Assembly (NCBI GenBank): GCA_031280565.1
Contig: JAITGN010000131.1
Location: 7,696 to 71,695, forward strand
Origin: Accumulibacter sp.
GTDB taxonomy: Bacteria; Pseudomonadota; Gammaproteobacteria; Burkholderiales; Rhodocyclaceae
Reading direction: 5' to 3'
DNA: 64,000 nucleotides
How positions within the stretch are numbered: the stretch's first letter is position 1; each line of letters starts with the position of its first letter. A program made the position numbers and the translations under genes. The notes under the pieces are model-generated. The model was not told where the DNA came from, searched no databases, and saw only the letters and a list, made by a program, of their open reading frames with translations. Below are positions 37,161 through 48,035 of the stretch, piece after piece.

Positions 37161-39353
37161 TCAGTTTCCCCGCGGCGCATCCGCGCATGCTGTCGCGCGT
37201 TCCCGCCGGCGATAAATCGCCGCCGCCGGAACAATCGCGCATGCCAGCGCGCCGCAGATCAACGCCAGAGGCCAAAGAACCGGCGCGTTCCACTCATGCC
37301 GCCGCCGCGCGCGTCCGGCGGCGTCGATACGCTGGTATTTGAGCGTATTGTTGGCCACATTATTCGGTTTGCGGTTATAGAGCCAGGCGTGGCTCAGGGC
37401 ATAGGTTTTTGGATGAAAACCAAACACCCATGGCGCGTCTTCCTGGAGAATCCGGTTCATCCGCGCGATGATTTCCAGACGCCGCGGCGTGTTGTTCATG
37501 TCTTTCATTTCAGCGAACAGCCGGTCAAATTCCGCATTGACATAATTCGCCTTGTTTTCCCCGCCGCGAAGCAAGGTGCTTTCATTGCCGGACAAAAGAA
37601 AAAAGAAGTTTTCCGGATCCGGGTAATCCGCGTTCCATCCGAGATAAAAAAGCTGCGCGGCCCCTTTGAAGAGTTTGTCCTGGAAACGATTGAAATCGGT
37701 TGAACGTACCACCAGCTGAATATCCAGTTTTGCGAATTGCCGCGTCAGCCAATCAAGGCGCGATTTGTCTCCCATCCCTCCCGCTGTTGTATCAAGATTG
37801 AGCACCAGCGGCTCGCCGGTTTTCGCGTCGCGGCCATTCGGCCATCCGGCATCGGCCAGCAACCTTTTGGCATACCCGGCTGGTTTTCGGCGCGGCCCGC
37901 CTTCAGTCCAGTCATAAACAACAGGATTGATTCCGGCTTGCCCGTCGCGGTAGCCAAAGATGCCAGGAGGCAGGGGATTCATTGCCGGAATTCCGCGTCC
38001 GTTCATGAAAATCGAGATGAATTCTTCCTGGTCGATCGCTATCGATACGGCCTGCCGCAGTTTGCGCGCTCGCTCCGCGCTGACGCGGCCGTCCGGATCG
38101 TTTCCGCCGACAAGCGGATCAGCCAGGTTGAATCCCATGTAGAAAGTCGATGTGTTCACGCTGGTTAACAAGCGAATGCCTTTTTCGCGCATTTCGTCCG
38201 AAAGTCCTGCGTCGCCATCCACATTCAGGCGGACAGCCTGATCGAAGCTATCCGATGAAATGCCTGAAGCATCATAGTAACCCTGCAGAAATTTATTCCA
38301 GTACGGGATGCTTTCCTTTTCGCGCGTAAATACCGCCTTGTCAATGAAGGGCAGGGCGCGGCCGCAATCGGTGAGAAATCCCGTTTCCCTGTCGCCATCC
38401 TCTCCCTCGCAAGGATAATTTTCTCCATGAAAGTTCGGATTACGCTCGAGTGTCATGCGGCTGTTCGGGTTGTTTTCAGTCAGCATATAAGGCCCTGTTC
38501 CAACCGGATACCAGTCAAGCGTGAGGTTTTTCTCCGCCATCCCAGGCTGGCTGTAAAAACAGTCCGCTTCGCGCGGCACGGGCGCGAAAAAATTCATCGC
38601 GAGCCAATACAGAAACTGCGGGTATTTCCCCCGCAGCTTTATGCGCCATGTATAACGGTCAACGCGTATCGCTCCTTCGAGCGGGTAACGGTCAAGATCG
38701 ATCCACGCGCCCGGCGGCAAATCTTTCGCGTCCCGCCGCAATCGCTGGCCAAACTCTTCCAGTCCGACGATGCGTTCCGCCATCAAACCGAAAATTGGCG
38801 AATGCAAGCGGGGATGCGCCAGGCGCTTGATCTGATAGATATAGTCATCCGCCGTCAGTTCGCGGCTCCCTGTTTGCCTGAAATCGGCAATGGAATCGAT
38901 TCCGGCGAGTTTCCTCGCATCAAGCGCACCATAGACGGGCTTGCCGTCAACGTCGACAGCAAACGCTGGATGGGGCTGGTAAAAAATGCCGGGGCGAATC
39001 CGGATTTCATAAACGCTCGAAGCGATCCGCGAAGACGGCGCGTCGCCGGGCAGTCTTATGCCGGAAGCGTCATAATATTCCGGCTCAGGCACCGAAGCCG
39101 CCGTTCCGGGGATCAGCGTATAGGGGCGCTTCAGGTAATGATATTGCAGTGGAGGCTCATATATCTGCGCGATGAAAACGCTTTCGTCTTCAACAAACGA
39201 TCGCGCCGGATCAAGATGTTTCGGCCTTTCAATAAAAGCGGAATACAGGATGTTTTTCCCTCTTTCCTCTGGGGGATAGGGGTCATTCTGCTCATTACCG
39301 CAGCCGGAAACGCACAAAAACAGAAGTAAAAGAAAAAACGACCGGTTGGACAT
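37161..39353 (-). CDS. ABC transporter substrate-binding lipoprotein (family 5, YejA-like) with a C-terminal hydrophobic segment
   Basis: Lipobox LFLCVSGC after MSNRSFFLLLL and a long SBP_bac_5-like body. The last about 50 residues contain VLWPLALICGALACAIVPAAAIY. Confidence 0.8.
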   Translation of the reverse strand: MSNRSFFLLLLFLCVSGCGNEQNDPYPPEERGKNILYSAFIERPKHLDPARSFVEDESVFIAQIYEPPLQYHYLKRPYTLIPGTAASVPEPEYYDASGIRLPGDAPSSRIASSVYEIRIRPGIFYQPHPAFAVDVDGKPVYGALDARKLAGIDSIADFRQTGSRELTADDYIYQIKRLAHPRLHSPIFGLMAERIVGLEEFGQRLRRDAKDLPPGAWIDLDRYPLEGAIRVDRYTWRIKLRGKYPQFLYWLAMNFFAPVPREADCFYSQPGMAEKNLTLDWYPVGTGPYMLTENNPNSRMTLERNPNFHGENYPCEGEDGDRETGFLTDCGRALPFIDKAVFTREKESIPYWNKFLQGYYDASGISSDSFDQAVRLNVDGDAGLSDEMREKGIRLLTSVNTSTFYMGFNLADPLVGGNDPDGRVSAERARKLRQAVSIAIDQEEFISIFMNGRGIPAMNPLPPGIFGYRDGQAGINPVVYDWTEGGPRRKPAGYAKRLLADAGWPNGRDAKTGEPLVLNLDTTAGGMGDKSRLDWLTRQFAKLDIQLVVRSTDFNRFQDKLFKGAAQLFYLGWNADYPDPENFFFLLSGNESTLLRGGENKANYVNAEFDRLFAEMKDMNNTPRRLEIIARMNRILQEDAPWVFGFHPKTYALSHAWLYNRKPNNVANNTLKYQRIDAAGRARRRHEWNAPVLWPLALICGALACAIVPAAAIYRRRERATACADAPRGN

Positions 39354-39780
39354 AGACTGGAGTTTAGCGCGAAGCGCCGCTTTTTTGGCGGCGGACTGAA
39401 AGGGAACAGGCGGTCTGCTCCGCGCCTTGACGTCCTCTCCTGTCCAAAAGTGGAGGATTTCCGCGGCGTTCAATCCGGCGATGCCTGGTTGAATCGCCTC
39501 GGCAGCTTCCAGGCTTCGTCGAATGGATTGACAGCGCCGAACTGCACGTCTTGCCTTTGGCATATCCATTATGCGCGGAATCCCGGAAATCTTCAAGGAT
39601 GTTCACGGCGTTCGCGCTATTGCTTCTCGCCTGTATGCCGCCGCACGATAGTTCGAATTGGAGGAATCACTCGACGTTCATCTAGTAAAAGAATCCGGTT
39701 TCACACTGTATAATACGTCCCCAAATCAATAATCGGTTCCACCGGACGATTTCCGGAAATTCATTGTTATTGGAGAATAC

Positions 39781-40581
39781 ATGGGATTCCTAGCTGAAAA
39801 ACGCATTCTGCTTACCGGGGTGCTGTCGAAACACTCAATTGCCTATGGTATTGCCAAGGCTTGCCATCGCGAGGGTGCCAAACTGGCTTTCACCTACCAG
39901 AACGAACGTTTTCTTGATCGCATCAAGAAATTCGCCGAGGAATTTGACAGTTCGCTCGTATTCGAATGCGATGTTTCGGACGATGCGCAAATCGAGAAAC
40001 TTTTTTCCGATCTCGCGGCCCACTGGGATGGACTCGACGGACTCGTGCATTCCATTGCTTTCGCGCCGAGCGAAGCCATTACGGGCGATTTTCTCGATGG
40101 ACTGTCGCGGGAATCTTTCCGCGTCGCGCATGATATTTCATCCTACAGTTACCCGGCGCTTGCCAGAGCCGCGCGTCCCATGTTGCTGAAAGGGAAAAAC
40201 GCGGCGTTGCTGGCGCTTACCTATCTTGGCGCGAAGCGCACAATGCCGAACTACAATACGATGGGATTGGCCAAAGCCAGCCTTGAGGCGGCGACCCGCT
40301 ATCTCGCGTTTTGCCTCGGGCCGCAGGGAGTGCGCGCTAATGCCCTATCCGCTGGCCCGATCAGGACACTGGCCGCATCCGGCATCGGCGATTTTGGAAA
40401 GCTGCTGGCCTACAATGCGCATAACGCTCCCCTGCGGCGCAATATGACGACCGACGAAGTCGGGAACGCGGCGGCTTTTTTGCTTTCCGATCTGGCGAGC
40501 GGAATTACCGGCGAGATACTTTATGTCGATGGGGGCCTCAATTCGACGACGCTCGGCAACGCGGAACCTCTTCCTGCCTGA
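39781..40581 (+). CDS. fabI: enoyl-[acyl-carrier-protein] reductase (NADH)
   Basis: [21 protein letters not shown] and [13 protein letters not shown] (Tyr/Lys catalytic region); 266 aa. Confidence 0.9.
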   Translation: MGFLAEKRILLTGVLSKHSIAYGIAKACHREGAKLAFTYQNERFLDRIKKFAEEFDSSLVFECDVSDDAQIEKLFSDLAAHWDGLDGLVHSIAFAPSEAITGDFLDGLSRESFRVAHDISSYSYPALARAARPMLLKGKNAALLALTYLGAKRTMPNYNTMGLAKASLEAATRYLAFCLGPQGVRANALSAGPIRTLAASGIGDFGKLLAYNAHNAPLRRNMTTDEVGNAAAFLLSDLASGITGEILYVDGGLNSTTLGNAEPLPA

Positions 40582-40595
40582 AACATCCAGCCTGA

Positions 40596-40630
40596 CCGGA
40601 TATGGCTCACAACCGAAAAGCCATATCCGG
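40596..40630. terminator. bidirectional hairpin between convergent fabI and ppiD
   Basis: CCGGATATGGCT (11-nt loop) AGCCATATCCGG. Confidence 0.6.
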
Positions 40631-40656
40631 TGATCGCTTAAATCACACCGCCTCTT

Positions 40657-42579
40657 TCAGTCGTCCGTGACGACGAGCCTTGATTGGTTGATTTCGATGG
40701 GGTAGCGTTTACGCAGGTTGGTCATGAACGCCGACAGTTCCTGTTGCGCCACAATCGCGTTGTATTCCCGAAGAATGTTCCTGACATCCTGTTCGTCTGT
40801 TTTTTCCGGCGCGTTGACCTTGACGACTTTGAAAATCGTGTAGCCCTCTCCGTCAACCAGGCCGCTATACGCCGGAATTTTTCCGGAATCCGCCCCGAAA
40901 ATCGCCTTGACCATGGCCTGCGGAAAATTAGGCGGCACCTTGTTGCGCACGATCGTCCTTACGGGCGACCATTTCAACGCGGCGTCTTCGCCGTTCTCGC
41001 TGCCTTTTCCGAGTTTTTCAAGCGCGTGTTCTCCCGCTTTTCGTGCCAAATTCATCGCTTCGCGCAAACGCAGGCGCTTTTCGATGTCTGCCTTTACGGC
41101 TTCCAGCGGCTTGAGCTTTGCCGGATCATAGTCGACGACCCGCGCGGCGATAAAGGCGTTTTGCCCAATTTCCACCGTTTCGGTGTTCTGTTTCGTCTTG
41201 ATGGCGTCTTTTGAAAAAATTCGTTCAAAGACACCGTCGTTCGCCAGTATTCCCAGACCCAGCGCTTCCAGCTTTTCGCGGTCTCTGGGAAACCAATCCG
41301 TTTTTTGCAGTTTGAGATTGAAATTCCCGGCGACAGATTGCAGATCGTCCGACTGTTCGTATACCGCATTGCTGAAGGATTCCGCAGATTCGGCAAATTT
41401 CCGCGCGGCCGTCTGCCGCCTGATTTCGTCTTCGATCTCTCCACGAACTTCGTCGAAGAGACGCCGCCTTTCCGGGCGGATATCCATCAGTTGAATGATG
41501 TGATAACCATAATCGGATTCGACCAGCCCTGAAATTTCCTCTTTTTTCAGCGTTTCAAAAACCGCGTCCGCAAAAGGTTTGACCATCGCGCCACGCTGAA
41601 AGAATCCCAGATCGCCGCCGTTCGGCGCGGTACCCACGTCTTGAGAATAACGTTTGGCCAACTCACCGAACTTCATGGGGGCTTTCTTTACCTCGGCCAG
41701 AATCTGCCCGGCTTTGCTTTTCGCCTTGACCTTTTCCTCGGCATTTTCCGCCTTGATCAGAATATGCCTTGCCTGACGTTCTTCTTCCTGCCGGTAACGA
41801 TCCTGATGATCGTCATACCAGACCTTCGTCTCGGACTCGGAGGGGATTATCCTTGAGAAAATATCGTCCTGCGAAAGGACGACGTATTCCACCTTGATTT
41901 TTTCAGGTTCTTCAAACGAGGGCTTGTTGGCGTCATAGTACTTTCGGACATCGTCCTCTCCGACAGCAATTGATTCGAAGAACCGTTCCGCCGGAATCCG
42001 GATTTCATGAAACTGCCGCTCCTCGAGCTGCAAACGCAACAACGCCTCTGCCTGCATGTTCGAAACAAAAGCCGAGTCGATAGCGTCAAGATATTGCCTG
42101 ATCATCAAATCCTCACGTATCGAAGTCTCGGCCTGAAGGCCGGTACTTTGCAGAAACCAGTCGTAACGCGCTTTGGAGAATTTGCCGTTCTCTTGAAAGT
42201 CCGGCATCGCGGCTATCGCGCTGCGTACTACGTCGGCGCTCAACCACAGTTTGCGGCGGTCTATTTCCTGAAACAGCAATTGCCGTTCAATCAGGTCATT
42301 GAGCACTTCCTGACGGAAAAACGGATCGTTGACCATGCCGGGCTTGAACGCATCCCCGAGCCTGTTGCGCATCCGGTTCTGCTCGTTTCTGAGCGCCAGA
42401 TCGAACTGGAGATCGCTTATCTTCGCGCCGCCGACTTTCGCCATATTCGCGCCCTTCCCGATACCTGGCGTTCCGGGATCCATGACTCCAGTAAAAATGA
42501 ATGGCAGAGCAATCAGCGCCAGAAACAGCGGAAGCAGAAACTTGACGATTTTTTTATCGCTATGGAGCACATCAAACAT
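40657..42579 (-). CDS. ppiD: periplasmic chaperone / peptidyl-prolyl isomerase PpiD
   Basis: 640 aa. N-terminal TM anchor, SurA_N-like region, and a parvulin-type domain (ARHILIK...GGDLGFF). It occupies the conserved position after hupB and the tRNAs. Confidence 0.85.
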   Translation of the reverse strand: MFDVLHSDKKIVKFLLPLFLALIALPFIFTGVMDPGTPGIGKGANMAKVGGAKISDLQFDLALRNEQNRMRNRLGDAFKPGMVNDPFFRQEVLNDLIERQLLFQEIDRRKLWLSADVVRSAIAAMPDFQENGKFSKARYDWFLQSTGLQAETSIREDLMIRQYLDAIDSAFVSNMQAEALLRLQLEERQFHEIRIPAERFFESIAVGEDDVRKYYDANKPSFEEPEKIKVEYVVLSQDDIFSRIIPSESETKVWYDDHQDRYRQEEERQARHILIKAENAEEKVKAKSKAGQILAEVKKAPMKFGELAKRYSQDVGTAPNGGDLGFFQRGAMVKPFADAVFETLKKEEISGLVESDYGYHIIQLMDIRPERRRLFDEVRGEIEDEIRRQTAARKFAESAESFSNAVYEQSDDLQSVAGNFNLKLQKTDWFPRDREKLEALGLGILANDGVFERIFSKDAIKTKQNTETVEIGQNAFIAARVVDYDPAKLKPLEAVKADIEKRLRLREAMNLARKAGEHALEKLGKGSENGEDAALKWSPVRTIVRNKVPPNFPQAMVKAIFGADSGKIPAYSGLVDGEGYTIFKVVKVNAPEKTDEQDVRNILREYNAIVAQQELSAFMTNLRKRYPIEINQSRLVVTDD

Positions 42580-42674
42580 GTTCTTTTCCCATCAAACCCG
42601 ACACTTACCCAGTCATCTATGGATCAATGACCCGAAAAACAAAAAAGGCGAACTCCCGTTCGCCTTGCGGTTAC

Positions 42675-42751
42675 TGGCGGAGTGGACGGGACTCGAACCC
42701 GCGACCCCCGGCGTGACAGGCCGGTATTCTAACCAACTGAACTACCACTCC
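42675..42751 (-). tRNA. tRNA-Asp (anticodon GTC)
   Basis: Reverse complement GGAGTGGTAGTTCAGTTGG...CCGGCCTGTCACGCCGG...GGTTCGAGTCCCGTCCACTCCGCCA. Confidence 0.9.
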
Positions 42752-42808
42752 GAAAAAGCAAAAAACAGCAAAAAGAACCCAAAACCGCCAACGCATGCGG
42801 GTAGCATG

Positions 42809-42884
42809 TGGTGGGTGCTGACGGGTTCGAACCGCCGACATCCAGCTTGTAAGGCTAGCGCTCTTCCAACTGAGCTAAGCACCC
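42809..42884 (-). tRNA. tRNA-Val (anticodon TAC)
   Basis: Reverse complement GGGTGCTTAGCTCAGTTGG...CTAGCCTTACAAGCTGG...GGTTCGAACCCGTCAGCACCCACCA. Confidence 0.9.
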
Positions 42885-42902
42885 ATGCGTCGATCAGGGC
42901 GG

Positions 42903-43175
42903 CTATTTTAATGCGTTCTTGAGCACTACGCTAGGACGAAATTTCGGCAATTTACATGCCCTTATTTTCATCACATCGCCGGTGCGCGGATTTACGCCTC
43001 TGCGCGCCGCGCGTTTCCCTACATAAAAAGTTCCAAAGCCGAAGAGTTTGACGTCTTCACCGCGTTTCAGCGTGTTTTTTACTGTCGTAAACACTACATC
43101 AAGAGCCTGTGCGGCATCTTCTTCGGAAAGATGCGCAGATTTGGCAATCTTTGAAATCAGTTCAGATTTATTCAC
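42903..43175 (-). CDS. hupB: DNA-binding protein HU
   Basis: (M)NKSELISKIA...FGFGTFYVGKRAARRGVNPRTG. The second GTG (43175) is preceded by AAAGGTGG at the proper distance. Confidence 0.9.
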   Translation of the reverse strand: MNKSELISKIAKSAHLSEEDAAQALDVVFTTVKNTLKRGEDVKLFGFGTFYVGKRAARRGVNPRTGDVMKIRACKLPKFRPSVVLKNALK

Positions 43176-43541
43176 AGAAACCACCTTTATTTGAACAGAA
43201 AAAATAGGCGACAGCCTTATAACAACCGGGGAAGCTCCGTGTCAAATCCTATCTCGAAAAAAAGATTATTTGACATGGAATTTCCCCGTATCCTGAATCA
43301 TACCGAAAATACGATTTCAAGCCAATAACAATATAATTTTTCAGTTTTTCAGGGAATATGATGGCAAATGGTTTTTCCCATGTCCGGCCCGATCCTCAAG
43401 GAGAAAGCGAAACCTTCCAGTCTGAAAGGCCGTTCGATAAAAAACAGCCAGAACTCCAGACGCTCAATTCACCTCTTGAATGTATCCAGTCGTCCGGGAA
43501 TTTCCGCTGTCGGGCAGGGCATTCGCTTTCACGCGAAACGG

Positions 43542-45944
43542 TCAATGTACGACCGATTGCGCCGACACGCCTTCAGAAGCCACTTCGACGGAAACGGGAA
43601 CATCCTCGTCGGGCAATGGCTGCGGCATGCGCTCAAGCGCGAGTTCCAGAACCTTGTCGATCCACTTCACTGGAACGATCTCGATCCGGTTCTTGATATT
43701 GTCCGGAATTTCCGCGAGATCGCGGACATTTTCTTCTGGAATCAATACCCGGGTTAAACCGCCGCGCACTGCCGCGAGCAGTTTTTCCTTGAGTCCGCCA
43801 ATCGGAAGCACTTCGCCACGCAAGGTGATCTCGCCTGTCATCGCCACATCGCAGCGCGCTGGAATACCAGTCAGTACCGACACGAGCGCGGTACAAAGAC
43901 CGATGCCCGCCGAGGGGCCATCCTTTGGAATGGCGCCTTCCGGCAAATGAATGTGAATATCGCTCTTCTGATAGAAGTCCTCGGCGATGCCAAGCGAACG
44001 CGAACGTTTTCTGACAACCGAAATCGCGGCCTGAACGGACTCCTGCATGACGTCGCCAAGTTTTCCCGTCGTGATGGTTTTTCCCTTGCCCGGCAGGATA
44101 ACGGACTCGATGGTCAACAGCTCGCCGCCGACCTCTGTCCATGCCAGTCCTGTCACCTGACCGATCTGGTTCTCGCGTCCCGCAAGGCCGAAAGAGTACC
44201 GGCGGACGCCGAGAAATTTATCGAGATTGCGCGATGTCACCGCGATCCGCTTCTGGATATGCTTTGTCAGGAGGCGCTTTACAACTTTACGGCATATTTT
44301 CGAAATGTCTCGCTCAAGAGCGCGAACGCCCGCCTCGCGGGTGTAATAACGCACAATGTCGCGCAACGCGCTCTCCGCTACCGTCAATTCCGACGTTTTC
44401 AGCCCGTTGGCTTTCATCTGTTTCGGCAGAAGGTAACGCTGCGCGATGCTGATTTTCTCGTCTTCGGTATAGCCTGACAGCCGGATAACTTCCATACGAT
44501 CAAGGAGCGGCGCGGGAATGTTCATCGTATTGGCCGTCGCCACAAACATCACATCGGAAAGATCGTATTCGACCTCCACATAATGATCGACAAAAGTTGA
44601 ATTCTGTTCCGGGTCAAGAACTTCGAGAAGCGCCGAAGCGGGGTCGCCACGGAAATCCTGTCCCATCTTGTCAACTTCGTCGAGAAGAAAAAGCGGGTTT
44701 TTTACAGCAACTTTCGTCATGTTCTGGAGGACTTTTCCGGGCATTGAGCCAATGTAGGTTCGGCGATGCCCGCGAATTTCCGCCTCGTCGCGCACGCCGC
44801 CAAGACTCATGCGGACGAATTTGCGTCCTGTCGCGCTGGCGATCGACTGACCGAGTGAGGTCTTGCCGACGCCCGGCGGACCTACCAGACAAAGGATGGG
44901 CGCTTTGAGCTTTTCCACGCGCTGCTGAACGGCAAGATACTCAACAATCCGTTCTTTGACTTTTTCCAGCCCCCAATGGTCGCGATCAAGGAGCTTTCCC
45001 GCCTTGATCAGATCCCGGCTGGTACGCGTCTTCTTGCGCCACGGCAATCCGATCAGGGTTTCGACGAAATTGCGGACGACCGTTGCTTCAGCCGACATCG
45101 GTGACATCAGGCGCAGTTTTTTGAGTTCCGACTGGACTTTCGTCATGCCTTCCTTGCTCATGCCCGCCTGCCTGGCCCGTTTTTCCAGATCCTCGAAATC
45201 CGCGCCGTCCTCGGTTTCGCCCAGTTCCTTCTGGATCGCCTTGACCTGCTCGTTGAGATAATACTCGCGCTGGCTTTTTTCCATCTGGCGTTTGACTCGG
45301 CCGCGAATTCTCTTTTCGACTTGCAGAATATCGATTTCAGCTTCAAGCTGGGAAAGCAGGCGCTCGATTCGAGGGCGGATATCGAAAATTTCGAGAATAT
45401 CCTGTTTCTGTTCGAGCTTGAGCGGCAAATGCGCCGCGACGGTGTCCGCGAGACGGCCCACATCCTCAATATTCGTTATCGAAGACAGAATTTCCGGCGG
45501 AATTTTTTTATTGAGTTTGACATATTGGTCGAATTGCATGATCACGGCGCGGCGCAGGGCTTCGGCCTCATTGTTGACCGCGTCACTCAGCGGGACAGGC
45601 TGGACTGTCGCGGCGAACATCTCATCGCGCGGATGGATCGCCTCGACCCGCGCCCGCCGCGTTCCTTCAACCAGCACCTTGACCGTGCCGTCCGGCAATT
45701 TAAGCATTTGCAGAATATTGGACAGACAGCCAACCGTATACAAATCGGTGGCATCGGGATCGTCTTTGGTCGCCGATTTCTGGGCTACCAGCATGATGCC
45801 GACGCCTGCCACCATGGCGGTTTCCAGCGCGCGGATCGACTTTGGACGGCCGACGAACAGGGGAATTACCATATGCGGGAAAACGACGACATCCCGCAGG
45901 GGAAGCAATGGAAACTCGGCGGATTCGGCGGAAAGAGAGGTCAT
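43542..45944 (-). CDS. lon: ATP-dependent Lon protease
   Basis: LPLRDVVVFPHMVIPLFVGRPKSI, Walker A GPPGVGKTS, and protease site PKDGPSAG. The ATG at 45944 is preferred because the TTG at 45977 falls inside the putative promoter. Confidence 0.9.
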   Translation of the reverse strand: MTSLSAESAEFPLLPLRDVVVFPHMVIPLFVGRPKSIRALETAMVAGVGIMLVAQKSATKDDPDATDLYTVGCLSNILQMLKLPDGTVKVLVEGTRRARVEAIHPRDEMFAATVQPVPLSDAVNNEAEALRRAVIMQFDQYVKLNKKIPPEILSSITNIEDVGRLADTVAAHLPLKLEQKQDILEIFDIRPRIERLLSQLEAEIDILQVEKRIRGRVKRQMEKSQREYYLNEQVKAIQKELGETEDGADFEDLEKRARQAGMSKEGMTKVQSELKKLRLMSPMSAEATVVRNFVETLIGLPWRKKTRTSRDLIKAGKLLDRDHWGLEKVKERIVEYLAVQQRVEKLKAPILCLVGPPGVGKTSLGQSIASATGRKFVRMSLGGVRDEAEIRGHRRTYIGSMPGKVLQNMTKVAVKNPLFLLDEVDKMGQDFRGDPASALLEVLDPEQNSTFVDHYVEVEYDLSDVMFVATANTMNIPAPLLDRMEVIRLSGYTEDEKISIAQRYLLPKQMKANGLKTSELTVAESALRDIVRYYTREAGVRALERDISKICRKVVKRLLTKHIQKRIAVTSRNLDKFLGVRRYSFGLAGRENQIGQVTGLAWTEVGGELLTIESVILPGKGKTITTGKLGDVMQESVQAAISVVRKRSRSLGIAEDFYQKSDIHIHLPEGAIPKDGPSAGIGLCTALVSVLTGIPARCDVAMTGEITLRGEVLPIGGLKEKLLAAVRGGLTRVLIPEENVRDLAEIPDNIKNRIEIVPVKWIDKVLELALERMPQPLPDEDVPVSVEVASEGVSAQSVVH

Positions 45945-45976
45945 TGACAGCCTGAAATGTTGGTGGATAAAACTCA

Positions 45977-46003
45977 AGATAGGGACATCATCTCATATTT
46001 CAA
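45977..46003 (-). promoter_or_regulatory. possible sigma-32-type heat-shock promoter of lon
   Basis: The minus strand reads ATTGAAA-N13-CCCTATCT, resembling CTTGAAA-N13-17-CCCCATNT. Confidence 0.35.
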
Positions 46004-46094
46004 TGGAGGGATGCTCCAATTGATGTCCGGAAAAACCAGCGGCAGAAGCCTTGCCCGCGCGGTTTACTCGCGCAGGCTGGATCGCGGCAAAAAA

Positions 46095-47384
46095 TCAGCT
46101 TGATCCGCAAGCCTGGCCGGAAGAGTCGGAATAGATGAGCAATGGCTGAACATTGTTGGCAACCGTGTTTTCATCGACGACGACTTTTGTGACATTCTCC
46201 ATCCCTGGCAGTTCATACATCGTGTCGAGCAGGAGCGATTCCAGAATCGAACGCAAGCCGCGTGCCCCTGTTTTGCGCTCCTGCGCGCGCGCCGCGATTG
46301 CCGTAAGCGCTTCCGGCCGGACATCGAGTTCGACTCCTTCCATCAAGAACAGTTTCTGGTACTGTTTTACGAGGGCGTTCTTTGGCTCGACAAGTATTTC
46401 AACCAGCGCGCTGGACGAAAGCTCCTCAAGCGTTGCGACAACAGGAAGACGCCCGACCAGTTCAGGAATCAATCCGAACTTGATGAGATCGTCCGGCTCG
46501 ACCATGTTCAGCACCTGGTTACCGCTTTTATCATTCCTGCTTCTGATTTCGGCGCTGAAACCAATACCGCCGCGTTCGGAACGGCTGCGAATCACCTTTT
46601 CAAGCCCGTCGAAAGCGCCGCCGCAAATGAACAGAATATTGGTCGTGTCGACCTGAATCAAATCCTGATTGGGGTGTTTTCGCCCGCCCTGGGGAGGAAC
46701 GGCCGCAATCGTTCCCTCAATGAGTTTGAGGAGAGCCTGCTGCACGCCCTCGCCCGAAACATCGCGCGTAATCGACGGGTTTTCTGATTTCCGCGAAATC
46801 TTGTCGATTTCATCGATATAGACAATGCTCTTTTGCGCCTTCTCGATATCGTTTCCGCTTTTCTGAAGCAGTTTCTGGATGATGTTTTCGACATCCTCGC
46901 CGACATAGCCCGCCTCGGTTAGCGTCGTCGCGTCCGCCATGACAAAAGGCACATCCAGCATGCGCGCGAGCGTCTGCGCCAGCAACGTTTTCCCGGAACC
47001 TGTCGGGCCGATCAGCAGAATATTGCTCTTGGCCAGCTCAACATCCGCGCCACTGTTGCTCCGATCACGCAAACGTTTGTAATGGTTATAGACCGCGACA
47101 GCCAATATCCGTTTCGCGACATTCTGGCCGACCACATACTGATCAAGAATCGCGGAAATCTCCTTCGGCCTCGGAAGCCCGTCGCTTTTCAGGAATTTCC
47201 CATCATCCCGCACGCCATCCTCACGGACGATGTCATTACACAGCGCAATACATTCGTCGCAAATATAGACCGACGGTCCGGCAATCAGTTTTTTGACCTC
47301 ATGCTGGTTTTTGTTGCAAAACGAGCAACAAAGCGGAGAGTCACCGGTTTTACTGTTACCCATTCCGTTCTGCTCCGGTTTCAA
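46095..47384 (-). CDS. clpX: ATP-dependent Clp protease ATP-binding subunit ClpX
   Basis: Zinc-binding domain CCSFC...CDEC and Walker A GPTGSGKT. Confidence 0.95.
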   Translation of the reverse strand: MKPEQNGMGNSKTGDSPLCCSFCNKNQHEVKKLIAGPSVYICDECIALCNDIVREDGVRDDGKFLKSDGLPRPKEISAILDQYVVGQNVAKRILAVAVYNHYKRLRDRSNSGADVELAKSNILLIGPTGSGKTLLAQTLARMLDVPFVMADATTLTEAGYVGEDVENIIQKLLQKSGNDIEKAQKSIVYIDEIDKISRKSENPSITRDVSGEGVQQALLKLIEGTIAAVPPQGGRKHPNQDLIQVDTTNILFICGGAFDGLEKVIRSRSERGGIGFSAEIRSRNDKSGNQVLNMVEPDDLIKFGLIPELVGRLPVVATLEELSSSALVEILVEPKNALVKQYQKLFLMEGVELDVRPEALTAIAARAQERKTGARGLRSILESLLLDTMYELPGMENVTKVVVDENTVANNVQPLLIYSDSSGQACGSS

Positions 47385-47408
47385 CAGATTTTCGAAAATC
47401 AGCCGCGA

Positions 47409-48035
47409 TCATTCCGCCTCGCGCTTCGCCAACACCTTATCGATCAGGCCATACTCCGCCGCCTCTTGCGCCGACAGGAAATTGTCCCTGTCTGTGTCGC
47501 GCTCAATACGCTCAATGGGCTGGCCTGTATGGCACGCCATGATCTCATTGAGTTTCGCGCGCAATGCAAGAATTTCTTTTGCGTGAATCGCGATATCCGA
47601 AGCCTGTCCCTGAAAGCCGCCCATTGGCTGATGGATCATCATCCGCGAATTCGGCAGCGCGAAACGTTTGCCCCTGGCCCCTGCGCACAGCAAAAAAGCG
47701 CCCATCGACGCGGCCTGACCCATGCAGAGCGTAGACACATCGGGCTTGACGAATTGCATCGTATCGTAAATCGACATTCCGGCCGACACTGACCCGCCCG
47801 GCGAATTGATATAAAACTGAATATCTTTTTCCGGATTTTCGGCCTCGAGAAAAAGAAGCTGCGCGACGACGAGATTGGCTGTCGCATCATTGACCGGCCC
47901 TACCAGAAAAATGACACGCTCTTTCAGAAGGCGCGAATAAATATCATATGCCCGCTCACCGCGGCCGCTCTGCTCTACGACCATCGGAACAAGGCCAAGC
48001 GCCTGGGGCGTGAGAGGGCCGGAACAGGAAATCAT
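47409..48035 (-). CDS. clpP: ATP-dependent Clp protease proteolytic subunit
   Basis: [28 protein letters not shown] and [11 protein letters not shown] (catalytic Ser region). Confidence 0.95.
   Translation of the reverse strand: MISCSGPLTPQALGLVPMVVEQSGRGERAYDIYSRLLKERVIFLVGPVNDATANLVVAQLLFLEAENPEKDIQFYINSPGGSVSAGMSIYDTMQFVKPDVSTLCMGQAASMGAFLLCAGARGKRFALPNSRMMIHQPMGGFQGQASDIAIHAKEILALRAKLNEIMACHTGQPIERIERDTDRDNFLSAQEAAEYGLIDKVLAKREAE

Noticed and set aside
39380-39500. A second cobalamin-riboswitch-like start (GAAAGGGAACAGGCGG) in the yejA-like/fabI intergenic region
   Set aside because: Only the AGGGAA-like start is present. There is no GCCCCCGCAACTGTAA-type core, no B12 box and no closing P1. 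On the + strand it would face fabI from about 400 nt away.
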